A stretch of DNA of 64,000 nucleotides from Dongiaceae bacterium (GTDB lineage Bacteria; Verrucomicrobiota; Verrucomicrobiia; Limisphaerales; JAFMIX01): the NCBI GenBank assembly GCA_035492855.1, contig DATJIU010000312.1, positions 2,299-66,298 of the forward strand. The letters run 5' to 3'. Position numbers and translations under genes: made by a program. Under the pieces are notes generated by a model that saw only the letters and a list, made by a program, of their open reading frames with translations, had not been told where the DNA came from and did no database searches. The stretch's first letter is position 1. The number at the start of each line of letters is the position of its first letter. Positions 1 through 9,525 of the stretch are shown here, one piece after another.

Positions 1-44
1 GGCGGGCTCTGGCTTAATGCGCGTCCGCTTCACGCGACCCGGAT

Positions 45-129
45 GGTAGGTTACCCAAGTGGCCAACGGGGGCAGACTGTAAATCTGCTGGCTATGCCTT
101 CGATGGTTCGAATCCATCACCTACCACCA
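45..129 (+). tRNA. tRNA-Tyr (anticodon GTA), long variable arm, encoded CCA
   Basis: 7-bp acceptor stem GGTAGGT/ACCTACC. Anticodon loop CTGTAAA. T-arm GGTTCGAATCC. Discriminator A followed by CCA at 127-129. A long extra arm is typical of bacterial tRNA-Tyr. Confidence 0.9.
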
Positions 130-445
130 TCTTTTTATTCTCCTGTCGGAACACGCTTTCGCCCCTTACTTGGGGAGCGCGGCCGCCCGGGCGCTGTTTT
201 CCGCGCCCTCGCGGAAAACCCGGGGACGCCAGCTCAGCCATGGGTGCTCCCCGCCGTTCATAAACCGCCCCAGCAAACCACTTGCCGCCGTCGGGAAAAC
301 CGGCTACACCCCAAGGCCGAGAACCCTGAACGCCCGCCGCTGGCTGGCTTGCCAGGCCCAAACCATATTTGGCCTGATATTTATCTGGATGGCGGCGGCA
401 GGATTTGCACAGTCAAACCAACCACGGAAAACGAAAGGAACCCGG

Positions 446-751
446 ATGAAAATGTTATTGGACATCACCCTGCCCCACCAACCCTTCAACGCCGCAGTGA
501 AGGACGGCACGGTGGGCGCGAAATTGAACCGGATCCTGGAAGCCACCAAGCCAGCCGCGGTCTATTTCACCGATCAAAACGGACAGCGCGGGGCGGTTCT
601 CGTCGTGGACCTGGCCGACGCCGCCAGCCTGCCCGCACTGGTAGAGCCGTGGATGCTGCTCTTTCAGGCCGACATCAAGCTGCGGCCCTGCATGACGCCG
701 GACGACCTCAAGCGCGCCGGTTTGGACGAACTCGGCAAAAAATGGAGCTGA
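446..751 (+). CDS. Small conserved hypothetical protein (about 101 aa, MKMLLDITLPHQPFNAAVKDG...)
   Basis: In-frame ATG at 446 preceded by GAAAGGAA. The rest of track ORF 170..751 upstream looks like a non-coding extension. It resembles small DUF3303-like proteins from memory only. Confidence 0.55.
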   Translation: MKMLLDITLPHQPFNAAVKDGTVGAKLNRILEATKPAAVYFTDQNGQRGAVLVVDLADAASLPALVEPWMLLFQADIKLRPCMTPDDLKRAGLDELGKKWS

Positions 752-877
752 GGGTGTGCAATATCGCCAGCCAGGCAGCAAGCCGTTTGGCGGTTGAGCG
801 CCCGCCACTCCAGAGTGACTGGAGCCCAGCAACGAGCCTATGTTTCCCGAGAACAGATCACCCGAGTTAGAGCACTT

Positions 878-1255
878 ATGAAAGCCTTTGCCTTAATTTC
901 GAGCCTGTTCATTTTGACGCTGTGCGTTTATGGGCAAGTTTATTACACCAATAACGTCACCAGAGCGGAGGCTATTCAGGCGGCATCGCGATTGCGAGCA
1001 GGCATGTGGCAGGAAGACGCATCAAAGATGCTGTCCACCAACGGGCTTAAGAATGCGATGGCCGTTGGTGCGATTACTGGATGGGATCTTTGTTACGGTT
1101 TGGCTGATGGCACCAGCCTCCACTTGGATTACCGCGCCCGGGAACTTGCAAAAAACGGGCGCTGGGGTGGAAATGGCGAATTGCAGCGCGCCTTCATCCA
1201 GAGCAACGGGGTGAATATTGTTTTCATCACCTTCACAAACGCACCTCCACCATGA
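878..1255 (+). CDS. Hypothetical secreted protein
   Basis: Internal ATG of ORF 794..1255 gives the N-terminal signal-like sequence MKAFALISSLFILTLCVYGQ. No recognisable domain. Confidence 0.45.
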   Translation: MKAFALISSLFILTLCVYGQVYYTNNVTRAEAIQAASRLRAGMWQEDASKMLSTNGLKNAMAVGAITGWDLCYGLADGTSLHLDYRARELAKNGRWGGNGELQRAFIQSNGVNIVFITFTNAPPP

Positions 1256-1422
1256 GTGCCACCCGAATCATCCCGGGTCTGCTATAGCGCCCCTCAACGT
1301 CGCCGCCGTTGACTGCCCCCGCAACCTGTGGAAGGTTGGGCCAACACAACAAATAACGAGTTCGCGAAGCCACTCGTCCCGAGGGCTGGCTTTGTCCGCA
1401 ACATGACCCGGCTCGTATCAAG

Positions 1423-2088
1423 ATGATAAAAATTATCCTGGCCGGCATCATGACGTTCGGGCTGGTGCTGTGGGCGCACCAGGAGTCCACGATCGGCGGG
1501 CGCGTACCAATGGTGTTTGTGGCGCTCTGGTTCGGCTCGGCCACCATGGTGGCCCTGATTTTTTCCCGGGCCGGTTTTGCTCCCCGCCTCGGGAAACTCC
1601 CGGTTCGGGATGCAACCCGGCAAGACCTGTGGCGGCACAAAATGAAAGTGGCCCTGCTCTGCCTGGTGCCGCTAGCCGGCGTGCCCCTGCTGGAGCGGCA
1701 CGGGGTGGACAATGACCCCGCCGTGTGGCTGCTGGATTGCGCCCTGTATATTTCCATTTGCAGCGTGCCCTACTTCACGCTGCTGGCCCGGACGGTGGTG
1801 GGCGGCGTCGTGTTGAGCCTGGTGGCTTTTCAAATCCTCTGGACGGCCGGCGCGTGCGCCCTCTTCCTGGTGCTGCAACACGCGGAGCAAGCGAAGGGAA
1901 ACCCAATCGCCCCCGGCGCGGCGTTTGAAGCGTTTTTCCGGCCGGAATACCGGTATTTGTTTTATATCCTCTGCGCGGTAATGTTGTTCGGCTATTGCCC
2001 GGTCCTGCTGTGGCTGAGCCGCCGCCGTTTCTTGCGCCAGAACTGGCCGCCTGCCGCTACGCCTGAACCGGCGCGGGCTGCCGCTTGA
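1423..2088 (+). CDS. Hypothetical multi-pass membrane protein
   Basis: 221-aa ORF with several hydrophobic helices. GC-rich third positions are consistent with coding. Confidence 0.5.
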   Translation: MIKIILAGIMTFGLVLWAHQESTIGGRVPMVFVALWFGSATMVALIFSRAGFAPRLGKLPVRDATRQDLWRHKMKVALLCLVPLAGVPLLERHGVDNDPAVWLLDCALYISICSVPYFTLLARTVVGGVVLSLVAFQILWTAGACALFLVLQHAEQAKGNPIAPGAAFEAFFRPEYRYLFYILCAVMLFGYCPVLLWLSRRRFLRQNWPPAATPEPARAAA

Positions 2089-2129
2089 GTTTGGGGATGA
2101 GCTGGATTATATACCGTCATTGAGATCCT

Positions 2130-2393
2130 ATGTGGGAAGAAGATCCCAGATGGCAGCAAGCCAATTACCGATTACTGGTCGGAGCGGTTGGTTTTGGCCT
2201 GATCGGGTACTTTCTGTTATCGCTTTTTTCAAGCGATTGGCACTACCTCCGGATATTTTTGGAAGTCTTGGGGGTCATTGCTGCGGCACTGTGTCTGTAT
2301 GCCATAGTAGTCTGGACCGGGGCCCATTTGGGAACCCTGGCGTGGCGCGCGTTTACGCGAACCAGATTGGGGCCTAAGCGGATTTCGCGCTAA
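2130..2393 (+). CDS. Hypothetical small membrane protein (2 TM)
   Basis: 87-aa ORF with two clear hydrophobic segments. Preferred over overlapping frame 2120..2377. Confidence 0.4.
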   Translation: MWEEDPRWQQANYRLLVGAVGFGLIGYFLLSLFSSDWHYLRIFLEVLGVIAAALCLYAIVVWTGAHLGTLAWRAFTRTRLGPKRISR

Positions 2394-2455
2394 AGCCGTT
2401 TGCCGGGCGTGCCCGCACCGATTCAGCGGCGGTCCCGCTTTTGGATGTACCCGTT

Positions 2456-2779
2456 ATGATTGCAATTTACCGCACACTGTTTGGCGTTAGCGTGCTGCTG
2501 CTTGTCGGCTTGCTCATTTTGCCGGCACGTACCGGCATCCCCATTCAACGGCGGTTGTCACAACAGACCAACGATTGGACCTTCGCCTTTGCCACCACCA
2601 ACCAACTGCTATTCGGGGCGACCCCGGAGCAGACCAAGACCCTGTTGCTGCGCTATCTCCACGAGCACCGTACCGTTGACGAAGGCCGTTTGGACTGGTT
2701 GGCGCTCGGCGCGGCGGTTTCCGCCATCTTCAGCCTGGCGGGTTGGCGGCGGGAAATTTATTGGCGAAAGCAGAATTAA
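2456..2779 (+). CDS. Hypothetical small membrane protein
   Basis: Track ORF 2441..2779 begins at TTG. The first ATG is at 2456 (MIAIYRTLFGVSVLLLVGLLIL...). It has N- and C-terminal hydrophobic helices. Confidence 0.4.
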   Translation: MIAIYRTLFGVSVLLLVGLLILPARTGIPIQRRLSQQTNDWTFAFATTNQLLFGATPEQTKTLLLRYLHEHRTVDEGRLDWLALGAAVSAIFSLAGWRREIYWRKQN

Positions 2780-2975
2780 AGGCGGTGATGGCGTACACCT
2801 AACGTCTCTCTAAAATCAAGCAACTTTGAGCTTATGCAAAGATGTGGTTATAACCGTTCATCGAATCAACCGGGCCGTTCATTCCAACGAAACCCCATAC
2901 CCTAACCGGGCGAACCACCGGCGAAAAAAATGCACTGGAGATGATTGGGCCCGGTCTGATAGGGTCGCCTAAACC

Positions 2976-5432
2976 ATGGCCCCTTCAAAAATGTCCCCGC
3001 GAACCATGTCCCCGGCGGCCGGCCTGAAAAAAATAAAATCCGGGATTCTCTGCACTGCGTTTCTGTGGCTCGCGGCGGGCCGCCTGGCCGCAGCGCCGCC
3101 GGCAAGCATCACGGTGGACGTGGCGCATCCCGCCCACCGCATCCCGCCCGGGTTGTGGGGCATTTTCTTTGAAGACATCAATCTTTCGGCCGACGGAGGC
3201 ATTTATCCCGAACTGGTGCAGAACCGCTCGTTTGAAGATGCGGACACGCCCACCAACTGGGTGTTTGCCGCCACCGAGGGCCACAGCACGGCGGCCATCA
3301 GCACGGCGAATGTTCAGGGCCAGCCGGTGCCGTTGAATCCATTCAACCGCCGGTCGCTGCGCATTCAAGCCGACGGCTCTTTCACGCTGGGGAACGCGGG
3401 GTATTGGGGCATGGATATTCGCGCAGACGCGGGCTACACGCTTAAGCTGGCCGCCCGGGGCGAAGCGTTTAAGGGCAAACTGACCGCGCGGATTTTAAGT
3501 CAAACGGGCATGGTGCTGGCCAGTGGCGAGATCACTGACATCGGCGGGAATTGGCAGTACCATACCCTGAATTTTTGGGCTGCGAGCTATGATCCGAAGG
3601 CGAAACTGGAACTATCCGGCGCGGGCCTGGGAGTGCTGTTTCTCGACATGGTGTCCTTGCTGCCGCAGGAAACCTGGAAGCAACATGGGTTGCGCCCGGA
3701 CCTGGCCGAAGCACTAGCCGATTTAAGCCCCAAGTTCCTGCGCTTTCCTGGGGGTTGCTGGGTGGAAGGCGATGATCTGGCGCACATGAACCATTGGAAA
3801 AACACCATCGGCAACATCGATTCGCGCACGCCGCTGTGGAACATCTGGGGCTACTACGCCACTCAGGGCTTGGGCTATTACGAATATCTCCAACTGGCGG
3901 AGGATCTCGGCGCGGAACCGCTATTCTGCATCAACGTCGGCATGAGCCACAAGGAGGTCATTCCCTTGGATCGCATGGGCCCGTGGATTCAGGATGCGTT
4001 GGATGCGATTGAATATGCGAATGGACCGACCAACTCCGTCTGGGGGGCCCAACGCGCTGCGGCCGGCCATCCCGAGCCCTTCCATCTGAAATACATGGAA
4101 ATCGGGAACGAGAACGGCGGCCCGGCCTACCAGGAACGCTGGGCGCTCATGGCGACGGCCATCCGGGCGAAATATCCGCAAATGAAACTGGTGGCGGATT
4201 ACTGGGCGAACGGCTATCCCAAAACGCCCCAGCCCGACCTCGTGGACGAGCACTACTACAATACTCCGGAATGGTTCCTGCGCCACGCGGATCAATACGA
4301 CAAGTATGACCGGCAGAAGCCGAAGGTTTTCGTGGGGGAATACGCGGTGACGCGGAACTGTGGCTTGGGGAATCTCCGGGGTGCCATCGGCGAAGCAGCC
4401 TTCATGACGGGTATCGAACGTAATTCCGACTGCGTGGCCATGGCTTGCTATGCGCCACTGCTGGTTAACCTGAATCATCGCGCCTGGAATCCCGACCTGA
4501 TCAACTTCGACAGCGCCAAATGGTACGGCTTGCCAAGCTACTATGTGCAGCAACTGTTCGCGGTCAACCGCGGTGATGTCTATTTGCCCACCCAGGTGGA
4601 ATCGCCCCTGGTGCAACCCGAGCCGGTGGGCGGGCGGATTGGGGTGGGCACCTGGAATACGGCGGCGGAATTCAAGGATATCAAGGTCACGGCCCCGGAT
4701 GGCAGCGTGCTATTCGCCTCTGATTTCCAGAATGGCAGCAAGGACTGGAAATTTCTGGGCGAGGGTGCGGACTGGAAGGTGCAGGACGGTATGCTCCGGC
4801 AAAGTGCGGAGCGGGAATTTATCCGCGCGGTGGCGGGGAATCCAAACTGGACCAATTATACGTTGACACTGAAAGCCCGGAAAATCTCGGGCGCGGAAGG
4901 ATTCCTCATTTTATTCCGTATTGGCGACGATGCGGATCGCACCTGGTGGAATGTGGGAGGCTGGGGCAACTCGGCCACCGCCATCGAGGCGGGTGAGACC
5001 CGGGATTCCAAGCCAATCCGAATCGAGACTGGCCGTTGGTATGACCTCAAGGTGGTGGTGTCGGGCAAGCACGTGAAATGCTATCTCGACGGTTCGCTGG
5101 TTCATGACCTGAATTACTTGGAGGCGGGCGAGATCAAAAGTTTGTATGCGACGGCGGCCCGAGACAACCGGACGGGTGACATCATTGTCAAAGTGGTTAA
5201 CGCCAGCCCAACACCGCTGGAGGTGGAGTTAAATCTGCCCGGCGCCAAACTCGCGCCAGAGGGGAGTCTGCTGGTGCTGACTTCGGAGAACGCGGCAGAC
5301 GAGAATTCTCTCGCGGAGCCCAAAAAAGTAGCCCCACAGCAGGGAATGTTCAAAACGGACGGGGATAAATTACTTCGCTCTTTCCCTGGCAACTCGTTGA
5401 CGGTCTTGCGCATTCCGTCAGGCAAGTACTGA
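2976..5432 (+). CDS. Secreted alpha-L-arabinofuranosidase, GH51 family, with an inserted lectin-like module
   Basis: GH51 hallmarks are present: FPGGCWVEG, MEIGNENGG, VGEYAV, YAPLL. There is an N-terminal signal-like segment. The start could instead be an internal ATG at 2991 or 3006. Confidence 0.85.
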   Translation: MAPSKMSPRTMSPAAGLKKIKSGILCTAFLWLAAGRLAAAPPASITVDVAHPAHRIPPGLWGIFFEDINLSADGGIYPELVQNRSFEDADTPTNWVFAATEGHSTAAISTANVQGQPVPLNPFNRRSLRIQADGSFTLGNAGYWGMDIRADAGYTLKLAARGEAFKGKLTARILSQTGMVLASGEITDIGGNWQYHTLNFWAASYDPKAKLELSGAGLGVLFLDMVSLLPQETWKQHGLRPDLAEALADLSPKFLRFPGGCWVEGDDLAHMNHWKNTIGNIDSRTPLWNIWGYYATQGLGYYEYLQLAEDLGAEPLFCINVGMSHKEVIPLDRMGPWIQDALDAIEYANGPTNSVWGAQRAAAGHPEPFHLKYMEIGNENGGPAYQERWALMATAIRAKYPQMKLVADYWANGYPKTPQPDLVDEHYYNTPEWFLRHADQYDKYDRQKPKVFVGEYAVTRNCGLGNLRGAIGEAAFMTGIERNSDCVAMACYAPLLVNLNHRAWNPDLINFDSAKWYGLPSYYVQQLFAVNRGDVYLPTQVESPLVQPEPVGGRIGVGTWNTAAEFKDIKVTAPDGSVLFASDFQNGSKDWKFLGEGADWKVQDGMLRQSAEREFIRAVAGNPNWTNYTLTLKARKISGAEGFLILFRIGDDADRTWWNVGGWGNSATAIEAGETRDSKPIRIETGRWYDLKVVVSGKHVKCYLDGSLVHDLNYLEAGEIKSLYATAARDNRTGDIIVKVVNASPTPLEVELNLPGAKLAPEGSLLVLTSENAADENSLAEPKKVAPQQGMFKTDGDKLLRSFPGNSLTVLRIPSGKY

Positions 5433-5564
5433 CTTCATTTTTTGCGTTGTGTGTTTGGTGTTTTGCCGGGGCCTGGCTTTGGAGCGTATTGCGGGAACTT
5501 CGTTGTTGCGCACTAATCGCAGCATAACGCAGGATGCCTGACATCACGCTGAAGCCAGCAGTCA

Positions 5565-5608
5565 GAAACGCCGGGCTATGGCCGTTCCGTCCGGGGGATG
5601 GGGTGGCC
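5565..5608 (+). repeat. Dispersed repeat family F2, copy A (gaaacgccgggctatggccgttccgtcc...)
   Basis: The first 28 nt match 6687-6714 at 27/28 positions. The following about 16 nt are similar with small indels. Confidence 0.7.
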
Positions 5609-5646
5609 CCGAGTGGGCGGCGGCTCATTTTTTGACGATTAACTGT

Positions 5647-6090
5647 ATGACACGTTTTGTCGTTTCTTTGGTAATTTTGGCCGCCCTGGCGAGTGGTTGC
5701 GGGCCGAGATACGTGGGTGGCATGTGCGGCTCCTATGCCAACGCGGACCGCAAGACTTTCACCGAAGTTGCAACGCAGCGCGACCAGCACGGTCAATTAC
5801 TTTTTGTCATCGCCTGGACGAGAAGAAACGGGGACACCACTTACGAGTACTCAGGTCGCAATCTGCTCACGAGCATCAATGGCCATCCGGTGCAGGCCAG
5901 TCTCGACCACCGTGCCGTGTACGCGTTGCAGGCGGATGGTACATTGCAACAGCTCCCACTTTCGGAGACACAAACAACCGCACTGTTTCAGGAAATGCAA
6001 CAAACGGATTTCCATGCGACGTTTAGCGCGTTGTGGCAGCAAGCGATCGCTCCGAGGCTCGTCCAAATACAGCAATCTTCAAGCAATTGA
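5647..6090 (+). CDS. Hypothetical lipoprotein
   Basis: Internal ATG gives MTRFVVSLVILAALASGC with a lipobox (LASGC). Confidence 0.55.
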   Translation: MTRFVVSLVILAALASGCGPRYVGGMCGSYANADRKTFTEVATQRDQHGQLLFVIAWTRRNGDTTYEYSGRNLLTSINGHPVQASLDHRAVYALQADGTLQQLPLSETQTTALFQEMQQTDFHATFSALWQQAIAPRLVQIQQSSSN

Positions 6091-6201
6091 CCTCAACCAT
6101 AGAATCTTGCAACGCTTCCGCATTGTTGTCCCACCGCGACGGAGGTTGTCACACCATGTGGTAACGGACTGGTTTGAGAATTTCAGGTAGCATACCGCAA
6201 C

Positions 6202-6675
6202 ATGGCATACGATTTACATGTGGTTCGCACCGAGGATTGGGCGGACGCGGCGAGTGCGCCCATTACCAAGCCGGAGGTGGAAGCTTTGATTGCGACCGAT
6301 CCCGAACTGGCATGGTCCGCCACTGACTTTGTGGACATGGCCGACGCGTCCGGAACTGTGACTCGCTACTGGATGATCACCTGGCAGGGGCAATCCTGCT
6401 TCTGGTGGTATCGCGACCAGATTCAATGCTCCGACCCGCCGAGCGACGCACATATCTCGAAGTTGATACAAATAGCGCAAGCTTTGCATGCACAGGTGAT
6501 CGGCGACGATGGCGAGATTTATCCGTTGGTGCCGCTGGCCGCTCCTGGCACTTCGCCCCCGCCGCCTCCTTCGGGTGCTACGCCAACGCGCTGGCCGCTG
6601 TGGAAACAATTGCTGGTGGCGTTTCTATTGGGATGCGTCCTGCTCGGGTTGAAGCTATTGATCTTTGGAGGCTGA
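6202..6675 (+). CDS. Hypothetical protein with Pro-rich linker and C-terminal TM anchor
   Basis: 157-aa ORF ending in WPLWKQLLVAFLLGCVLLGLKLLIFGG. No recognisable domain. Confidence 0.5.
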   Translation: MAYDLHVVRTEDWADAASAPITKPEVEALIATDPELAWSATDFVDMADASGTVTRYWMITWQGQSCFWWYRDQIQCSDPPSDAHISKLIQIAQALHAQVIGDDGEIYPLVPLAAPGTSPPPPPSGATPTRWPLWKQLLVAFLLGCVLLGLKLLIFGG

Positions 6676-6686
6676 AAGGCCGCGTT

Positions 6687-6732
6687 GAAACGCCGGGCTA
6701 TTGCCGTTCCGTCCCGGTGGGATGGGATTGCC
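6687..6732 (+). repeat. Dispersed repeat family F2, copy B
   Basis: Direct repeat of 5565-5608, in the same orientation. Confidence 0.7.
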
Positions 6733-6770
6733 ACCTGGCCGTAAAAAATCTCCCGGGTTAATAAAATAAA

Positions 6771-6798
6771 ATCCCGCGGACAAAGCTGCCCGCGGGAT
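6771..6798 (-). terminator. Hairpin terminator downstream of hsp20 (possibly bidirectional)
   Basis: ATCCCGCGG-N10-CCGCGGGAT. On the minus strand it is followed by TTTTATTTTATT. Confidence 0.6.
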
Positions 6799-6828
6799 GG
6801 TTTGGCACCGTCGGTTTTTTGCCGTCGC

Positions 6829-7287
6829 TTAGTTGACCGACACGTCAATCTGTTTGGGTTTGGCGGCCTCGGTCTTGGGCAGGGTGACGGTGAGCACGCC
6901 GTCCTTGTATTGCGCCTTCACCTTGTCGGCCGCCACGGTGGTGGGCAGGCTCAGGCTGCGTTGGAAGCGCCCGAAGTACCGTTCCACATGGTGCGCCTCG
7001 GCTTCCTCGGCTTTGACTTCGCTCTCGCGTTCGCCGGAGATGGTCAGGGTGCCGTTTTCCAGGGAGACTTTCACGTCTTCCTTTTTCACGCCGGGGAGTT
7101 CGGCCTTGATGATGAAGCTGTCTTTGTCTTCATACAGGTCCAGGGCCGGCGCCCAGCCGCCAAACACCTGCGCCGTGCGGGCCAGCGGGGCTTCAAACAG
7201 GCGGTCCACCTCATCCTGCCAGTCGCTCAGGCGACGCAGGCCGGACCAGTTGCTCAGGGAGGGACGTTGGAATTTGATCAGGTTCAT
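6829..7287 (-). CDS. Small heat-shock protein, Hsp20/alpha-crystallin family
   Basis: Alpha-crystallin domain pattern: PALDLYEDKDSFIIKAELPGVKKEDVKVSLENGTLTISGER...FQRSLSLP...DGVLTVTLPK. Confidence 0.9.
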   Translation of the reverse strand: MNLIKFQRPSLSNWSGLRRLSDWQDEVDRLFEAPLARTAQVFGGWAPALDLYEDKDSFIIKAELPGVKKEDVKVSLENGTLTISGERESEVKAEEAEAHHVERYFGRFQRSLSLPTTVAADKVKAQYKDGVLTVTLPKTEAAKPKQIDVSVN

Positions 7288-7624
7288 AATGGTATCCTTT
7301 GGTTGTCTTGGTTAAATAAAATTGTTCGGACAGTTCTATTTAAGCCTCACCCATGCCACGGAATCTCTATTTATGTAATATATTATATATTAGTTACTTA
7401 ACAAATTACAACAGCGCCATAACGCGCTTTTAGTGAAAACTTTTGGCTCAGAACGCCGTGCCATGTGTGACAATTTTACTCACGACAAGAGGGAGCGGGT
7501 AGGACTTCTGACGTCAAGTCACCTACTAGATATCAAACTTGGAGATGGGCCTAGTACCAGACTTGGCTTGATGCTTGGTCAGAGGATTATCGGCGTTGTT
7601 ATTTGGATTGGCTCCAGTGCCATG

Positions 7625-8209
7625 TTAGGCGACACGCACTTGTTTTGAATACCCAAAGTAACTTACGTAATTGGTCCCCGCTGCGGTTTGGGCATCACCA
7701 TCTTGAAATGCGGCAAAGCGATCCTTCGGCGTCTTGAGCGCATGAGCGGCAGCCACAACTTGCGGATGCGTGAGAAACCCGTGCAATGCGGCTTTCACCA
7801 AATCATTTCCTTTGTCGCTAAACATTCCAAACTTTTCCGGTAGAACGTAACCTCGCTGCGGCTGGATAAAACCCCTGTAGATGGCCCGGTACATCTGCTC
7901 TTTCACATCCGTATCCCCCAACTCCTGATACTTGTCATAAATTCGGTCCAAAGCCGAAAAAAACTGCCTTAGCGCCTTCTTGATGATTCGCGTTTTGGCA
8001 GCATAAGCCGCCTTCTGCTTGTCTGCCCGCTCCTTAAGAGGGTCCTCAATAAGCTCAATACAAGCTCGCATTTTGAAGAGAACAAGCAGCCTGTCCGCGT
8101 CAGTCTTCTTTTCCGCCAACTCATCAAGGAACTTTCGAAGCTCAATTATACCTTTATTGATTGTCATGGCTTGTGGGGTCAGCGGCTGGGCAAACAAAAG
8201 CTGGGCCAT
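7625..8209 (-). CDS. Hypothetical protein (ORFan, compositionally atypical)
   Basis: 194-aa ORF in a visibly AT-richer stretch than its surroundings. An alternative start is MTINKG. No domain recognised. Confidence 0.45.
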   Translation of the reverse strand: MAQLLFAQPLTPQAMTINKGIIELRKFLDELAEKKTDADRLLVLFKMRACIELIEDPLKERADKQKAAYAAKTRIIKKALRQFFSALDRIYDKYQELGDTDVKEQMYRAIYRGFIQPQRGYVLPEKFGMFSDKGNDLVKAALHGFLTHPQVVAAAHALKTPKDRFAAFQDGDAQTAAGTNYVSYFGYSKQVRVA

Positions 8210-8326
8210 GCTGGCGCAAAGCGCAACTTGAAACCGTCAGCACTGCCTCCCCCAAATATTCTCCTGCGAACACGGTGATCCTCATTTTTTTAAGCAACGC
8301 GCCGCTCCGTCACCAAAAATTACAGC

Positions 8327-8351
8327 GGCCCGCGAGGACGCCCGCCCCACC
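8327..8351 (+). repeat. Dispersed repeat family F1, variant copy (ggcccgcgaggacgcccgccccacc)
   Basis: Differs at 2 positions from the copies at 19836-19861 and 33043-33068. Confidence 0.7.
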
Positions 8352-8423
8352 AAGCAACTGCCGCATGCGACTCATCATTTGCCCGCCGCGTCCGGCAGAG
8401 GTGACTGCCACCGCCAACAAAAA

Positions 8424-8449
8424 AGCCCTGCGGCGCAAGCCGCAGGGCT
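8424..8449 (-). terminator. Rho-independent terminator of fba
   Basis: AGCCCTGCGGC-GCAA-GCCGCAGGGCT. On the minus strand it is followed by TTTTTTG. Confidence 0.8.
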
Positions 8450-8470
8450 GGGAAGGAGTCAAAAACCGGC

Positions 8471-9433
8471 TTAGTCAAAGGCGTGACCGGCGCAGCAGAG
8501 CACGTTCTTGACCTTGTGCCGGACGAGGTCCTTGACGTTCTGCCGGGCAGGCCCGAGGTACTTGCGCGGATCGAATTCACCGGGCTTCTCGGAGAATACC
8601 TTGCGGATGCCGGCGGTCATGGCAATGCGCAGGTCGGTATCAATATTTACTTTGGTGCAGCCGGTGCGGCGGGCGACTTCGATGTCGGCCTCGGGCACGC
8701 CCTGGGCGTCGGGCATCTTGCCGCCGTACTTGTTGACTTCGGCGACGAGGTGCTGGGGCACGCTGGAGGCCCCGTGCAGCACGAGCGGGTAATCGCCCAT
8801 GCCGGCATCCATAAGCGCCTTCTTGATGAGCTTGAGACGTTCGAGGTCCAGGTGCTGGGTGCCCTTGAACTTGTAGGCGCCGTGGCTGTTGCCAATGGCG
8901 ACCGCGAGGGAGTCGCAGCCGGTGGCCTTGACGAATTTGACGGCTTCGTCGGGCTGGGTGTAGTGGCCGCTGGTGGAATGAGCGCCGCCTTCTTCGCCGT
9001 CGTCAAACTGGGCGCCGACAAGATGGCCGAGTTCGGATTCCACGGAGCAGTTATGCTTGTGGGCGTATTCCACGACCTTGCGGGTGATTTCGGCGTTCTT
9101 CTCGAACGGCTCGTGGCTGGCGTCAATCATGACGCTGGTAAAGCCTTCATCAATGCACTCCTTGCAGAGTTCAAAGGTGTCGCCATGGTCGAGGTGGACG
9201 GCGATGGGGACGTTGGAGAGGCTGACGGCGGCCTCGATGAGTTTCTTGAGATAGACGGGGTTGGCGTATTGCCGGGCGCCCTTGGAAATCTGCAGGATCA
9301 ACGGAGCCTTTTCTTCTTCGCAGGCCTCCACAATTGCCTGGATGAGCTCCATGTTGTTGACGTTGAAAGCGCCAAGCGCGTACTTGCCCTTGAGGGCCTT
9401 GGCGAAGAGATCTTTGGTATGTGTTAGTGGCAT
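8471..9433 (-). CDS. fba: Fructose-bisphosphate aldolase, class II
   Basis: N-terminus ...GKYALGAFNVNNMELIQAIVEACEEEKAPLILQISKGARQY. Contains the HLDHG and NIDTD motifs typical of class II aldolases. Confidence 0.9.
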   Translation of the reverse strand: MPLTHTKDLFAKALKGKYALGAFNVNNMELIQAIVEACEEEKAPLILQISKGARQYANPVYLKKLIEAAVSLSNVPIAVHLDHGDTFELCKECIDEGFTSVMIDASHEPFEKNAEITRKVVEYAHKHNCSVESELGHLVGAQFDDGEEGGAHSTSGHYTQPDEAVKFVKATGCDSLAVAIGNSHGAYKFKGTQHLDLERLKLIKKALMDAGMGDYPLVLHGASSVPQHLVAEVNKYGGKMPDAQGVPEADIEVARRTGCTKVNIDTDLRIAMTAGIRKVFSEKPGEFDPRKYLGPARQNVKDLVRHKVKNVLCCAGHAFD

Positions 9434-9525
9434 AAGTTTCGTTTGCGAATCAGTTAATATAAAACAACTACTGCAACAGCAATGTCATATTAGAGAATCG
9501 CGGGGCGGATGGAAAATCAAATTTT

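Noticed and set aside
43-870. 275-aa ORF covering the tRNA-Tyr and the first small gene.
   Set aside because: It overlaps a well-formed tRNA. It is Arg/Pro-rich and is better explained by the tRNA plus the 446..751 CDS.
130-2779. Possible tRNA-Tyr-targeted genomic island: small ORFan membrane genes lie directly after the tRNA.
   Set aside because: No integrase was found. I could not find a direct repeat of the tRNA 3' end. Composition is similar to the rest of the window.
7433-7648. 71-aa ORF between hsp20 and the ORFan.
   Set aside because: It has no ATG start or RBS context. It overlaps the 3' end of the opposite-strand ORF and has no recognisable features.
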